In this document: piece by piece, positions 32,680 through 47,759 of the stretch
Numbering within the stretch: position 1 is the first letter of the stretch
Layout of the letters: every line of letters starts with the position of its first letter
Assembly (NCBI GenBank): GCA_964035545.1
Contig: OZ037765.1
Location: forward strand, 21,204,995-21,268,994
Source: Bugula neritina
Taxonomy: Eukaryota > Animalia > Bryozoa
Reading direction: 5' to 3'
DNA: 64,000 nucleotides
Notes under the pieces: generated by a model
The model's input: only the letters and a program-made list of their open reading frames with translations
The model's database searches: none
What the model was told of the DNA's origin: nothing
Made by a program: the position numbers and the translations under genes

Positions 32680-33050
32680 CAATTTATTTGCTTCTCTGAA
32701 TAATTTACAGTACGAAGTATATGCCTGTAATTTTCTGCAATGACTCAACCTTCTGTAAGTAAAAGCCACTGTACTGTAAGACTAAGAACAAGCCTTTGTC
32801 ATGATCTTGTTGAATGTAAAAAATAAACAGAGACCAAAAGGTCAAGAGTTCGCATGCAGTTTCCGTTGCATTGTAGACATAAATTCTAAATCTATAAATG
32901 AAAATGTAAGGGTGTACAGTATACATATCGTTTAGAAAAACTAATGGGGATTTGAAATAAAGAATAATTATGTGGCTCGCGACATCTCTCAATAAAAGTT
33001 GCAGCCATATGTTCACCTCAAGTTGAAGTGTATATTAAATTTAATACTTA
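32680..33050. promoter_or_regulatory. Putative ANKIB1/NT5C3 bidirectional promoter
   Basis: Higher-complexity island between divergent genes and between two periodic tracts. Contains TCGCGA at ~32977 and a candidate minus-strand donor (G|GTGAAT) at ~32677. No transcript evidence. Confidence 0.45.
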
Positions 33051-33199
33051 TATTGTGATTATATGAAGTTTAATTTTATTTCACTGTTTGAAATTTTATT
33101 TTATGTTTTTGATGTGTATTTTAATTTTTTTACTTTGCTCAAACTGAAATGGAACACAGTACATAGGCAGGATCTGCCTAGCCCTATGACTTGTCTTAT

Positions 33200-34200
33200 C
33201 ACTTAGTCTTATGTCTGTTATGAGTTACGAGACTGAGTATCACTATGACCATCAGTATCACTAACAGTATCAGTATCTGTATGAGTATGTATAAGTATTG
33301 TGTTCTATTTTGGTTTCTTCTTTAACTTTGAATTTGTGTTACTTTTATTTTTAGTTTTAGTGTTTTATTTTTGATTAAATTTTAATAGTTTTAGTTTTAA
33401 ACCAAGACTTAGATTTAAATTACCTTTTAGTTGTAGTTCAAGTTGTACTTGTGCTTGCAGTTTTGAATACTGGCAGTTTATACTTTAGCTCTTAGTGTTT
33501 TGACTTTTGATTTTGCGTTATAACATTAACTTGAGTATCAGTATCGCGTATGATTATCAGTATCACTGACATTATGACTATGGCAGTATATCTTAGAGTT
33601 ACTCTATAACTATGTCTATTGGTATTAAAATTAATATGTGATATTACTATTAATATTAATTATTAACCATTATAATATTATATAATTATTATATTTATAA
33701 TAACGATTATCAATATTAGTTTTAGTATTGCTTATTATTATGAATGTAAATATATTATATTTATTGTTACTGTTGGTATAACTAATACTTGATGTTATAC
33801 TGTGACTATCAGTATAACTCTATAGATTATAAGTATCAGTATTGTATTTACTATTGCTTATTAGTATTACATCTAATTTAGTCAATATAACAATAATACT
33901 AATAAGCAATAGTAAAACTAAATGCAATACTTATAGAGTTATAGTCATAATATTAGTATAAGATGAAGTTTCTATTAGTATCACTATCAGTATCACTATT
34001 ACAGTAAATAATTAATGCTATTAGTGTTAGTATACATTCTTACATAAGTAAAAGTATTACTTTTAGATTACTATCAGTCTTGCATTTACTGTTAACAATT
34101 TAAACTAGTTATTTATTTATTAGTACAAGTATTAGTACTACTATTTTAATAACTTGCTTGCTTTTGGTATTACTATATTTATAACTATCATATTACTGGC
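33200..34200. repeat. Degenerate period-3/6 tract in the inferred NT5C3 5' intron
   Basis: 'gagtatcactatgaccatcagtatcactaacagtatcagtatctgtatgagtat', 'agtatcactatcagtatcactattacagt', i.e. (N-A[C/G]T-AT)n. Confidence 0.85.
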
Positions 34201-34553
34201 ATAATACTTGTAAAAGAATTCTACAATCATCAAGCCAGTTTATTCTGCTGACTTTGAATTTTTTTACTTATTCTAATGTTTATATAAAATTAATATTATT
34301 TTTTAACTGTTGATAGCAATTAAAGATTCAGTTATTGCTTTGTACTTGAAAATAATCATTTTTATTTTGTTGCCCTTGTAGCTCATAAAATTCTCAAAAA
34401 CAGTGGTTGAACTATCTGAAAAGCTTTTACGTCAGTAAAAATTGTTCATAGTTTGTAATGGTGCTTAGCTTACTTGTGTTGAATCTTAATTGTCTTTTAA
34501 TAAAAAATGATGTATACTAAATTTAGTAGCTCTTCAGTTTTTAGAGCATCATT

Positions 34554-37500
34554 ATGGCAGTGATGTCATTTCTATCATCACGGGCATTCCGTGTAGCCCT
34601 ACTGGCTGGTGTTGGCTTGACTGTCACAGGACTTTTATATAAATACTATACTAGAAAGTACTCGGTTGTGCAGGACATTACAGGATCTGCTGGGGATGCA
34701 GGAGAGCAAAATTGGTCTGCCAAACTTAAGCTTAAGATGCTGGTTTGTTTTCACAAATCAATTGGTGTGGCTTGTTGTACTTTATTTTTTGCTTGTATTA
34801 CCACATGCAATGACATAAGCTAGCATTATAACTCTAAAAAAACATCTCATTTCCTATCATGCAAAATATAAAAGCTCTGTACAATGTCTAAGGAATAAAT
34901 AAGTGTGTTAACTAGAGTGCTTTGTTACTAACATTGTGAGCACATATTGCTTTGTATGAAAATGACAAAAATGTGCACATATTTTGCATTATTTTTTAGC
35001 TGAGAAGAGAGAATGTCTACTGCTCTGATATTGATTATGTTGAAGAAATGATTGATAATCACATACAGGGTGGCTCAGATAAACTCCAAGTACGTCACAA
35101 GTTTACCTATTAGCTGTAAAAGTGTCAGCTCATTAGCTGGCTGTTGGAGAAATTATCAAAGTAGTAGTTGAGGCAACTGACTAGTGACAACTCTTTCCAT
35201 CATTTTCAACCTCAACTACAACTTATGATAGGATTGCTTAATGCAGATGACATCGCAATATTTGTGTACAGTTTGTGATATGTCTACACATAAATGCTTG
35301 ACGCAACTGTCAAAATTAAATAAAGCAAGAAAACAACTGGAGTTTGGCGTAACTGTAACCCATTACTCAATAAAATTTAAATAGTTTAACCTTTCTAGAT
35401 GCATGATTACAGCTCCTCTCAATAAGCATAAAATGCATTCATATAAGCAGCATAAGTAGTTGTAATAGCAGTAGGAAAATTTAAACTATAATAAATACAA
35501 TTTCAATCTCTACAAATTATATTAATATTGATTTACAAATAAAAATCCTGTAAATTTTTAAATCTGCCTGTTTCTGGAAAATGTATAACAAATTAACAGT
35601 CCTTTATTTGTTAACTGAATGTGTGTAGATCAGGGTTGTCTCCTCTTTTCCTTACCAAATACCAACACCAAACATTTAAGCTCATCGATATGATTATCAT
35701 TTATCCCATAACAATATTTTAGTTTTGTAAATGTGAAGTTATTGACGCTGTAATTCCATGTAGTATTAATTCTGATTATGTGTTTCAGTTGAAAATATTT
35801 TCAAATTTAAATTGTGTTATTTACTGGTATGGACATAAAGTTTTATTATAAACAGAGCTCAAATATTCTTTCAAAAAGTTACGCCACAATAAGTTTTTTT
35901 AAGTAATATACTTCGAGTTCTGATGACTGAAACACAACAGCAAAAATGTTGTTGAACCTGTTTTAGTATTCAACCAGATTTCTTGTAAGAATCATTATTT
36001 TGTATATTTCTTGTGGTTATTAGATTATTGCTGACTTTGATGCAACTATGACCCCGATGACGTATCGTGGCAAGTCTGTTCCTTCGTGTCATGGTGAGAT
36101 TTCGTTATATAAATTTTTTTATCTATAAGTTAAAGCTGTTGTAATTAAGAGATTTCCTGCCAAATATGGTGTGGAACTTCTGCACCGCATAAAATGTAGT
36201 AATGTGGAATTGTTATAAGTGGAAAAACTTTTTTTAAGAATTGATTGAGACGTTTCCAAGGTTGCCCGATTGGTACAGAGAAAAAGCAGCTAAAATCAAG
36301 GACTATTATATGGCAATAGAGTTTGATCCTCATTTAACTAAAGAGGAGAAGCTGCCGTTCATGGTGGAGTGGTGGTCCAAGGCCCGGGAACTACTGATCA
36401 GCTGTTCTGTTGTTAGATCTGACATAGAGGCTGCTATAAAATCATCTAACCTTTACCTCAGGTTGGTCTTGGCTGCTGTATTCATCAGTATCGGCCATTG
36501 TGTAGTTTATATTTGTTTATACTTTGCCTAATGTGTGATTATGCAATGATAAATTGAAACCAATAATTCACAGATATAACAAAATAATTGGGGAAACCAT
36601 GTGGAGAATCTTTAATTTATAAAAGTTTAAATTAAAGTTAAGGGCCAGTGTGCTGTCTAGTTACCAATATTTGCTGACTAACAAATAGACAAATTTTGTG
36701 TTGGTTTCATTGTAAAATAGTAAACATGCAGTTATATATTTTCTAAAAAAAACATACTGATAGTTTCAGTCAATTTAATTTGACTGAGCCTTCTTTTATG
36801 GAATGCTGAAACTCGTTGCAATCACATTGATGCCAAAGATTACTCTCTAATAAACTTTATCCGTACTTGATACCCTTTAAAATAGTAAACATGTGATTAA
36901 AGTGAATTGTGCAGACCGATAATAATAATCAGTGAGATTATACAATTTGAAGTTTTCATTTGAATTGCTGAAGCTTTATTCAAAACCTTTTCAGTAAGTC
37001 ATTTACTATAGAAAACAATTGATACATATCAGTAGCTGAAAGTATTACCGTTTGATATTGATTGTATACTGAAGCTGTGCAAAGTAAGCAAGACAATAAT
37101 TTTTACTAGCTGCTTTTAAATTGAGAGAAGACTCATTAACCTGTTCCTTCTGGCCAAATTAATATTATGGCTGATAATTTTGAAAGTGTGAATGCACCTT
37201 TAGGTCCAGGTTATCTTGCACCACGGCACCTACCATTTTAGGGGAGCTACTAATATACACTATAACCTATAATAGTTGGTACAAATAAATAAATTTTGAT
37301 TCATACATTGAATCAACCATGTCACGCATCACTAAAATACGTTCCTTGATCATTTTTAAAGCTATATTGTTTTTCGTAATTTTGTAGGGAAGGAAGCAGC
37401 AAGCTTTTAGGAAAACTTTATGAGAGTGATATTCCACTCCTGGTATTCTCTGCTGGTATAGGAGATGTTATAGAGCAACTTTTTAGGCAGCGTTATAAAT

Positions 37501-38490
37501 TATACGAAAATATCCATATCATATCAAACTGGATGGAATTCAATCATGAGGTGGCTGTTATTAAACTTTTTTTCTTATTTATTGATTAGTGTTTTACGAA
37601 CTGTTCAACACTAAAAGATACATTTTGTATTAAAGTTGTTCACTTTTGTGATCAGTGAATTTCGTAAGAGTATCAATTATTGGTTTTAGAAGTCTTACCA
37701 TTTTAGCATTTTGCCCTGACTGCTTTTAACTTCAAGGTCTTCAGCTGTGAATACTTTAAATAAAAATAGTAACTAACAGGCTTGCATTTTTCATTGTATT
37801 ATAAAATACATTTGCATGCCAAACATTCATATTATTTTATTAAAGAAAACAAAATATGTTTTAGGGAATGCTAGTGGGATTCAAGGGAGAAACTATTCAT
37901 GTTTTTAATAAGAATACTCACGCTTTAAGTAATGCATCCTACTTTGATAGTCTTCGACATAGACACAATGTAATACTATTAGGAGATTCACTCGGAGATT
38001 TGGATATTATTGAGGGACTTTCTACTGAAGACAGAACGCTCAAAATCGGATATCTCAATCACCATGTAAGTGTGCACCTGCTATATCAGACCTGTCATCT
38101 AGCTCTGTAAATGTAATACTGACTTATTAAAATCTTTTGCACTCATTTGTGTGGGTTGAGACCAACTCCATGCTTAACAGGTTTTGTGAGATGTTTAATT
38201 AAACATTAGTTTGTATGAAGTTTGTATCTCTTTGAGTCCGAAGGTGTTTTTAACCGATAAAACCTTTTTGTTTCAGTCTGCATGTTATCTTAATATCCAT
38301 TCCCAGTTGCTCAGTGTTCTATGAGCGGGTAAATATATTGTGTTCCGCTGTGATATTGACTAGGTTATTTTTGGTGTAGGTCGAGGCTAACCTACCAAAG
38401 TATAAGGATGGATATGACATTGTCTTAGCTGAAGAAGATAGCATTGAACTTTTACAGTTGCTCATAGAAAACATATCAAACTCGTCCTAA
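34554..38490 (+). CDS. NT5C3: Cytosolic 5'-nucleotidase III (HAD family, NT5C3A/B-like) with N-terminal hydrophobic anchor, 7 exons
   Basis: Exons 34554-34742, 35000-35089, 36024-36093, 36239-36461, 37388-37550, 37865-38065, 38380-38490. Motifs GGSDKLQ|IIADFDATMT, YYMAIEFDPHLTKEEKLPFMVEWW, PLLVFSAGIGDV, GFKGETIHVFNKN, NVILLGDSLGD, LKIGYLN, YDIVL. Confidence 0.94.
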
Positions 38491-41400
38491 GTTCTTTCAG
38501 TCGAATTTTCTGTATTATGTTAAAGACGGTTTAGTTTTAATTCTTGTACTAGTCATTTTCCATATCTCCAAGTTGGAATTCTGTCTGTTTAGTATTATTG
38601 TGCATCACCATGATGTCGGTTAACGCTAGCTTGTCTTCTTCAGTCTGTATTTTCCTTTTCTCTTGGTGACTCAAAAAACGCTCTCCATTCAATTAGTTTT
38701 GATAATCAAACTTCAATGTTGTTTGGTAAGAGCTGCGTTAAACTGTTGAAGTTACATTTTATGTTCTATAGAATGTATTAATATCCATACACCAATTCTC
38801 CAACCTCTTTTTAATTTTTTTTAACTTTTGTCAAAATGAACAACAAGATGCTGTATTTTTAAATTTTGTGGTTTTACTCAAACATTTACCTGTAATGTTT
38901 AGTTTAAATAAATAACTTGTAAATTGAATTAGCAGCAAAAATAGTCATTAACGTCTGTAAGTGTCAGCTTTTGCAAAATAAATTAAACTGATTTTTCTTG
39001 GAAAAACTTTTGTTATTAACAAGGCTTGAACCTTTTATGGATGCCAATCCCTTCAGTACTCCACTTAGAAATAAACTTACAAATAGCACATTGCAGTGGG
39101 ACTTATCATAGTGAAGCAGCAAAAATAAAAAATTGAGGTTTGACCCTTACCACTGACAAGTCTTTCAGCATATAATATACTTATATATTTCTGGTTTATT
39201 TAAACTAAAATATATTTTGCATGTATTAATCCCCACACAGTTGAGAAGACTGTGAGGAGAGTGACTTAGTATTTCACATGCTGGGTTCGAGCCTAGAAAT
39301 AGTCTAGTTGAATTGTACTGCGTAGCAAGTATACAGGGGAATCTGCTACCAGCTGCTATGGTGTATGCTGAATGCTTTCATATTAATTTCATTAGTTTCC
39401 AACCTGCAATAATAATTTAACTTCAGTCAATATCCCATTATAGCAGAATAACTGTATTATAAACCTACGTATTCTTTGTACACTTGAAGCCGACTCCAAA
39501 ACACCTAACATAATCTTAAATTCATATCAAAATAGCATTAAGGACTAAAAATGGTTTTGCAAACCAGCTTAGCCTTAACTGGAAATTTTAGAATATTACA
39601 TCTGACTGTAATAATATATTTATGCTGACTTTGTATATAGTAATTAGCTTGACTTAATGTTAATAACCTGATTATTTAAACATTATCCCCCTTCTACCTT
39701 AATTTAATAGTAAGCAGTGATCTGTAGCTGAGAGCTGGTCTATTGATCTTTATTTAATCAACAGCCATATTTAGCCAGTATTTCTTTTGATTTTGTTTTC
39801 TTCATTAAGTTGTTGTGTATATATATATCACTAATATTAAACTTGGTTTTAAATTGTTAGAGAAATTAAGTGACATTATAGCATGAGCTGATTAACTTTA
39901 ACTGATGTTTGCATCATATTGTGTAAATATGTAACAGGATACGAAATTTTAAAATAAATTTAGTTCAAATATTGCAATAACTTGTCAGTAGCATAACAAC
40001 ATACTAGTAGATGGTATCAAAGACTCTAGGTGGTGTTTAAATCAGTGTACCTTTAGAATTCAAGTTAGAAAACATAGACTGTAAAAAAAAACTGAAAATA
40101 AGAAATTATTGCATAACTATGGGTTAGACCCGTTAGAGTGATGGGAGCTTAAATGTCAAGTGTACTCAACATGTCATGTGACTTATACGATCATGCAGCT
40201 GTTTATGAAAGGAGAAATTGATAGTGTCTTTTGGTATTACATTTAGATAATTCGAATAGTCCCACCAAAAAGAAATTACAGCACTTTGTTCATACTATAA
40301 TCTGTTCTTTGTTTATCATCATAAAATAAAACGTGATGCATGTTCTTCATCCGCAGCATAAAGCTCACATCACTTTATTAGTGATTGTGTAAAAAAGATT
40401 CCAATTTCTCAGCTTCCAACTACTTATGAGTGGCTGCATGTAAAAACATTCCCATGGATCTGGATACATAAAGAGGAGTTCTAAGCTAAGCCATGGTTAT
40501 TGTAACCTTTCCACTCTATGGCTGTTGAGGCCAATTGAAATCTACTACATTGTTTAAGAGAAGTTGTTGGTTGTGATGTACAGCTTCAGTTACTTTGTTT
40601 GCTTTGCATTGAGACCAATATGGAGTAGCTCAAGTATATTCTTGAATTAAAATTTGATAAAAGTATGTTTGACAACTTTGTATTGCAGAGCTAATTTATA
40701 ATTAATTAGGCAGTTGGCGTTATGTTCTATTAAATTTTATTACTATAACTGAATTGCATGTAAAAGCACTATTGATTAAAAATATATTACATATATACTT
40801 ATAATATGAGCTGAATATTTAAGTAATAAAGTAGTAATACCGTAGTAGATGTAGAGGAGAATAAATAATAATATTGTTATAACGATCAATAACATGTTCT
40901 GCTTGCAATGATCAATATAAAATAGATTTACCAATGACAGTAAGTACTAACAAGAACAATTGTATTAGACAAGCTATAAATTTGTGTAATAAATGAAACT
41001 GGATAATATAACTGTTCAGGTAATGCAGTATAACACTAAACATTCTAAATCTATTTTATAATAATGATAATATAATATACTAATATAATCTTATATGTGC
41101 TATAATATAAGTAAATCTATAAAATATCAGACACTACTTAGAGAAATCCTTTGGTCAGCAATTGCAATTACATGAATGTTTTTAAAACTATAATAAAAAC
41201 TTAAATGAACTTTAAAATGTCTAACTTTTATACTAATCGTGTTAAACATCAATAAAATTGCTCCAATAAAAATATAACAATAATTTTGACTGTAAATGAG
41301 CTCTTAGTTCATATGCTCAACAACTCTACAAGTTCACACTGTCTGCACATAAGTTTGTAGTTTGGTTTGTGAGCAGGATATTGCTGGAAATGTGGCCTTT

Positions 41401-41600
41401 TTCCATTTTGTGCACATAAAAATACTATAAAAGAATAAATAGCACACAGAAAATTAGCTAACTTGCGTAACTTGGCTAATATCCAGGACGAAATTGATCG
41501 AGATTCAGTAACTAATATTGATTGTATCACTGGATTGTATTATGATAATCTTATAGAATCTGACAGGAGTTAAGTAAGTGAAATTTTAGCCTAGACTGGT

Positions 41601-44565
41601 TTACTGAAGGCGAGCTTCTGCCGGGATTGGATAAGCCATCCCAAGGGGATGCCCAGCGGGAGAGATGAAATAGGGGGGCACGGTGTAAGCGCCCGTCACA
41701 GCAGGAGCCTGTGAGAAATCAACACCGTATGGAAAGGCGTAGTCAGCCATGTTGAACTGCCCAGTTGGACTAATTTGTTGAGGAGTTGGTAGAATTGGCA
41801 ACTGAGGAAAAGGTACCACGCCGGCTATTCCTGGTATATAATATGGCGGCTGAGTTCTGCAAAATATAAGATATTTAATACTATCAGGGGACAATTCACA
41901 ATCTAGAAGTTAATATTTACTGTGATAAAACATAGCATGACGTGATACACACAGCAGCCATTAGAAACATGGAGAAGATTTGCAAAAAATGAGAATTATT
42001 CTAGCAATTAGAATCACTCTTGCACTCCAAATAGTCAAACAACATCAACACTGATTGTCAGGGATAAGCATGCAAATAAAACCCATACAATATATTTTAG
42101 TGATCAATCCTTGTGCAAATTCAACTACATTGCTTAGTTTAATGGCCATCTGTAAACTGTTGCCCCATTCAACTAGTCATTTGTCCTCATGTTTGAGAAA
42201 CTCTATTCAACTGAATAATACTTCATTTCCCAAATGCAGAGTCTTTTATACTTTAAAGAACAGTTTGAGTTTAGCAGAAGCCCAAAACAAAAGGTAATTG
42301 TTCGAGAATCTTTGAAGGAACTCTGCCAAATAATCAATGGAGGTTCTAAGTTATTATATTTTGCTCCTATCTTCAATGTAAGTCAACAAAGACACTCAAC
42401 AGTTAACCTGCACCAATTAAATTAAGGTGCCATGTTAGTGAATTCACCCACTAAACTGAGTATTCTTCAACAATTATTGTAATTACAAATCTAGTTTGTG
42501 CAAGTTTAAAGATAATGGGTTACAGAGTGGAATTGAAAGGAACAGATTGAATTTTAACGTGGTTGTGATTGCTTATTGCTTATCACCAAGTTGAAAACAG
42601 AAATCTGGCAGTAAAGGCAACTCACTCCACACTACAAACTAACAGAACACCAACTCTAAATACTGAAATAGACCTGTTTTTACGGAGAAAATAATGGCTT
42701 CGGTCGTTCATCACAGCCAATCAACTTTGTAAGCCTACCGAGCCTCCAACGTGGTTCAAACGTAGGCACTGCTGACAGATATACATACAATGTTTATACT
42801 CTACTACTAACCAGTAGTACCTAAGTATCACTCTACTTTTTATTTTCTTAATAAAAGTTTTTAAGTCTTATAGAAGTTTTTAAATTTTGTAGAAAGCAAC
42901 AACATAGCAACTTGCTATTTGTTATAAATGATAAGAAATGTAGCAGTGATAGGTAAAGCTTTTAGATAAGTAAATAAATTTGTATAAATAAGTTAACTTA
43001 CCCTAAACCCTGACCATATGGAGGCACAGAAAAGGGGGTGGTTGGCATTGCAGATGCTAAAACATAATATTAACTAACATGAAAACTATTTTACATTTGT
43101 TGTTCATATTTAGCACACATCAACTGTAATACTCAATTTTATTTGGTTCACATTTATAAAACAAAGGTCACTGTCTATGAGAAACAGAATGGCAAATGCA
43201 ATATGTGGTTCATGTCAAATTTAGTACTTTAATCACAGGAGTTTTGGCACCTTCTAGTGCACAGGGCTTTATGTACTAAAAGCATGTATGATAACAACTA
43301 TGTTACCCAGAATACTTTCTTTTGTGTCTTTCTGAACAATGCCAAGTCAACATTGATATTGATGATGTAAGACTAACAGAAAATTACAGGAATTTTCCAT
43401 TAGGGGTCTATAGGCTCTATAGCTGGCTTCTGAATATTTATTCAAGTAGATCTACTTACTAGTTGAGACTGTTGTAGGTGTGCGAGCCTTGGCACCCAAA
43501 TAGGCAAGATTTACATTAGCTTTCCTTCCATCAATAACTGGATTGGGGTCTTTGATAGCAGCTTGAGCATCATTTGGGTCAAACATGGTTACCTGCAAGC
43601 ATTATTCAAAGATAAATATTTCTTTGTTTGAAATATTCTACTGCTGGTCATTTAATCTGATGTCATGCTTAATTATTTTAAAACAAAAAATACTATTACA
43701 AAATTTGACACTTAAAAATCAGACGGTCATTATAAAACAATAATGTTGAAGGATTCAGTTAAATTGCATTGGTGTCAATGTTGGGGCTTGATATTGGCTC
43801 TCAGATTGAGTTCGCTAGTAGTACTTGTGTAAATAACTTGAGGGTATTGATATTAGGATTACACACTTAGCTATATATATTTTAGGTAAACAAATATCTT
43901 GAAACTATCCCTTATTCAGGACCTCACCAATTTTAGAAACCCAACAAGAATGATGTTTAAGTTGATCAACAAAACCCTGGTTTTCTCAAGAATGAAAATA
44001 TTGGCAATATTGGACTTGGCAATTGAAGCTATAAGATTAAGTATATTCATATTAAAAACTTTATTTGCCAATTTGAATATATATTTATATTATATATATT
44101 TCTAATTCTTGCAGTAGCAGCATTTAATTTTTGGTATTTTAGGTACATTTATTCCATATTAGGAATGTCCAACTAGTAACTGTGCCAATGAAATTGCATA
44201 CAACAAAGTAGTGAGTATCAGTATGGCTGAATGACTACAAGAAATATCTTTTAAATTACTTCCATGAAAAGACTAACTTTAAGGATCACATTAACTCATT
44301 AAGTTCAACTATAAATTATAACCATAGAATACCAAAAAGAAACATTCTAGAAAATTGTAAATTAAAACTAAATACTCTTAACACTTACAAATCCATAGCC
44401 TTTACTTTTACTCGTAGCTCTGTCAGTGATGACTACAGCTTCTTCGATTTTGCCATACTGGTCAAAGTGTTCTTTTAAAGTCTGGTCGGTCGTGTGATAT
44501 GGCAACCCACCAACAAACAATTTAGTGTACGTGGTATCTCTATTTGTTATTCCTGGACCAGCCAT
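41601..44565 (-). CDS. RBM24: RNA-binding protein RBM24/RBM38 (SUP-12 family), 4 coding exons
   Basis: Exons 44389-44565, 43460-43592, 43002-43056, 41601-41856: [22 protein letters not shown]...[20 protein letters not shown]|VTM...[22 protein letters not shown], then a Pro/Tyr/Ala-rich tail ending EARLQ*. Confidence 0.92.
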
Positions 44566-44744
44566 ATTACTGAATTTACAAATAAAATAAATAGGCACAC
44601 AAATAAATTAGAAATTACACACTACACTCAAAGCAAATGAACACAAACTAAAATCTACTTTGTATTCTGCAACCTATAGATTGACTGAGGTATTTTAGTG
44701 GTTTCACAGCCTTTAACTGCTACTTATTTACACTGTTTGTATGC

Positions 44745-44815
44745 ATACCACGTGTTCGCTAGCTATACAGCCATGTTAGTTTCTTTGTTATACCTATCTT
44801 AAGCTCCGCCCCTTT
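44745..44815 (-). promoter_or_regulatory. Candidate RBM24 proximal promoter/first-exon end
   Basis: GC box (CTCCGCCCC, ~44804-44812), E-box CACGTG (~44749) and a candidate donor GTATGC at 44747. Confidence 0.35.
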
Positions 44816-47007
44816 GCCTCTTACTTTTGAACTGTCCACAAAAGATTTGCATTAAAATTTATTGCCCGTGGTTTTCTTAGTGGTTACTGACTGTACATGT
44901 ATAGTTAGAGTGTGCATTATATTATAATAGCCTTCTAGTGGTACCCACGGCATAAGTTTATCATGCAAACTACAGTTATTAGTCACAAAATGGCTTGACA
45001 AGTCAACTTAATTTGCATACCTTGCCTCCTATTGAAACAATATAATTGTAGACTATATAGAGATAATAATATATAAAAGTGTAGATGCATCTGCTGTAGG
45101 TAAATAGGGTAATAGTTGAGCTAACTTTAAAATAAAGCTTATTGTTGAAAAGAACCGCAGGTACTACCTGTTTTCTTAACCTGTCAGCATCACACCGAAG
45201 GTGATTTAATATTTATAAGTATTGATCTCTATTACTTATTAGTAGTTTAAATTGGTTTCTTATATAGTTTATACTTATAACTACATGGTAATAATTCAAT
45301 TAAAAGCCTATTGCTTTGGTATGAGGATTGGGTCTTCCTAACCCATGTCTTACTGGCCAATAACAAATGTGATATAACATAGAATTTGATAGTCATGGAT
45401 CCCTGATACCTACGACGTGTGAGTGTGGTGAAGAACTAAGTGTTAGTAGTCTGAATAATATGCCTTCGAAAGTAGGCACCTTAATTACTTCTAAATTTGA
45501 CATTTATGGCAGGATTTGCTGAACAAAGGATAGCACTCTTCAAAGCTCTCTGTACCTGCAGTTAATCTGCTGCCGTAACCTTTATCCATCCGAAGTAATC
45601 AGGCTATGTTGTTCTGCTTCCGATGCAGTCCTGATTTTCTTCATAAATATAAAAACCTGCATGCAAAGTTATTAATTATGTGCAGTATAATGTATTGCAA
45701 CTGGTAATTAGTGACACAAGGCCAAACAAGCTAGTGGCTTTACTTTGCTAAACTGCATTCCTACCTACACCTTACAATTTGCACCTAAATAAAGACCAGC
45801 TCCTTTACCTGTAGCCACCTAACTTGGATAGACTTCTGCTTATTGAAAGCTGCATGTATTGTGAAGACAATTTTTAGAGGTAGGCGCAGAATTGGAGAAA
45901 TTAAGAAAAGCCTGTGTTTTAGATTAGAAATGTAACAAAAGAAATTATATTCTCACAAGAATTTTAACTAGCACCCCAAACCAAAATTTAATAAAATAAT
46001 TAAAGAACTTAGGCCATCTCAATTTTTCCCTTACTGCTTCTATAAATGGATCTTTATTTTAATCTTCCTGCTCATTCAACATATACATAATATCACAGAG
46101 CACTTGATGCTAGTTTGGCTAATCATAGTGAAACCTAGCTTCCGTATATAAGCTACTCGTGAGTCTTTCTTAAAAGTGTTATCATACACTCCCTTCAAAA
46201 GACACTGAGCCAAATTGGCAGCTATTTCTATACTTACTATAACTCTATAACAGGTCTATTGTTAGCAAAAAGATATGTGCAGCATATTATATAAAATTAA
46301 ACTAATAACAGATCATACTTTACTTAAGTAAAGTAGATTTTCTACAAACATTAATGCTATCTGTTTTTAGAAGAGTTGATGTTTAGAGTACATGAAACCA
46401 TTTCCTAAGGCTAAATACTAAAAACACAAGTTAAAAGAAAATTCAAATAGATGATTGTAATTGTCATAAGCCCTCAGTACATCATCGAAGCTTCATATAA
46501 AAATAGTGAATCTAGTAGCATGTATTTCAATCTGTTTAGCTGTAGTTGCTATGCAAGTTTATATTGGCCACCATTGTTGATAGAATTCACATCTTATAGT
46601 TTGTTAACTCCTGTTAATGTTTACTTTGTGCAAACAAAGCTTAAACAAATTAGTTTAGTATCACTTGCTATCAAACTCATTTCTAAATCTAACACGAAAA
46701 AATAATAATACTTTCAGATTATTCCAACTGTTAGTTGCAACTGCGTGATACGCTCTTGTGTAACTTGCTCAATATAAGTGCATGTCATGAGTCATCAAAA
46801 GCAGTGTTTTAAAAAATTGATTTTACTACCAGCAGGTCTGACTAAAGCTTATTTATTAAGCAAAAAGCTTATGATTGACCTGTCTACAGCTGATTAAACA
46901 CATCAAGCAAGGTGGTGGAGAGTGAAATAATTGTGCATGTGAAAAACGCTGGTTTTTAGGTGTAGATATTTGTTTTGCCTTCAATCTCTTTACATAATAC
47001 AGCGTGA

Positions 47008-47717
<710 letters not shown>

Positions 47718-47759
47718 AATAAGTAAGTAAGTAAAATTAAACAAGTACAATATACTACA

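Noticed and set aside
39240-39300. Isolated B-box-like GGTTCGAGCC
   Set aside because: No convincing A box or cloverleaf; at most a decayed SINE.
40780-41120. AT-rich stretch with some TAA/TAG runs downstream of RBM24
   Set aside because: Lacks the sustained A[C/G]T hexamer phase of the promoter tracts; probably ordinary AU-rich 3'UTR or intergenic DNA. It should be included as a test case in the periodicity scan.
45500-45900. Possible upstream RBM24 exons (acceptor ~45657, donors ~45554 and ~45808)
   Set aside because: The ATG in the candidate exon is out of frame with the RBM24 CDS, and splice-like motifs alone are insufficient evidence.
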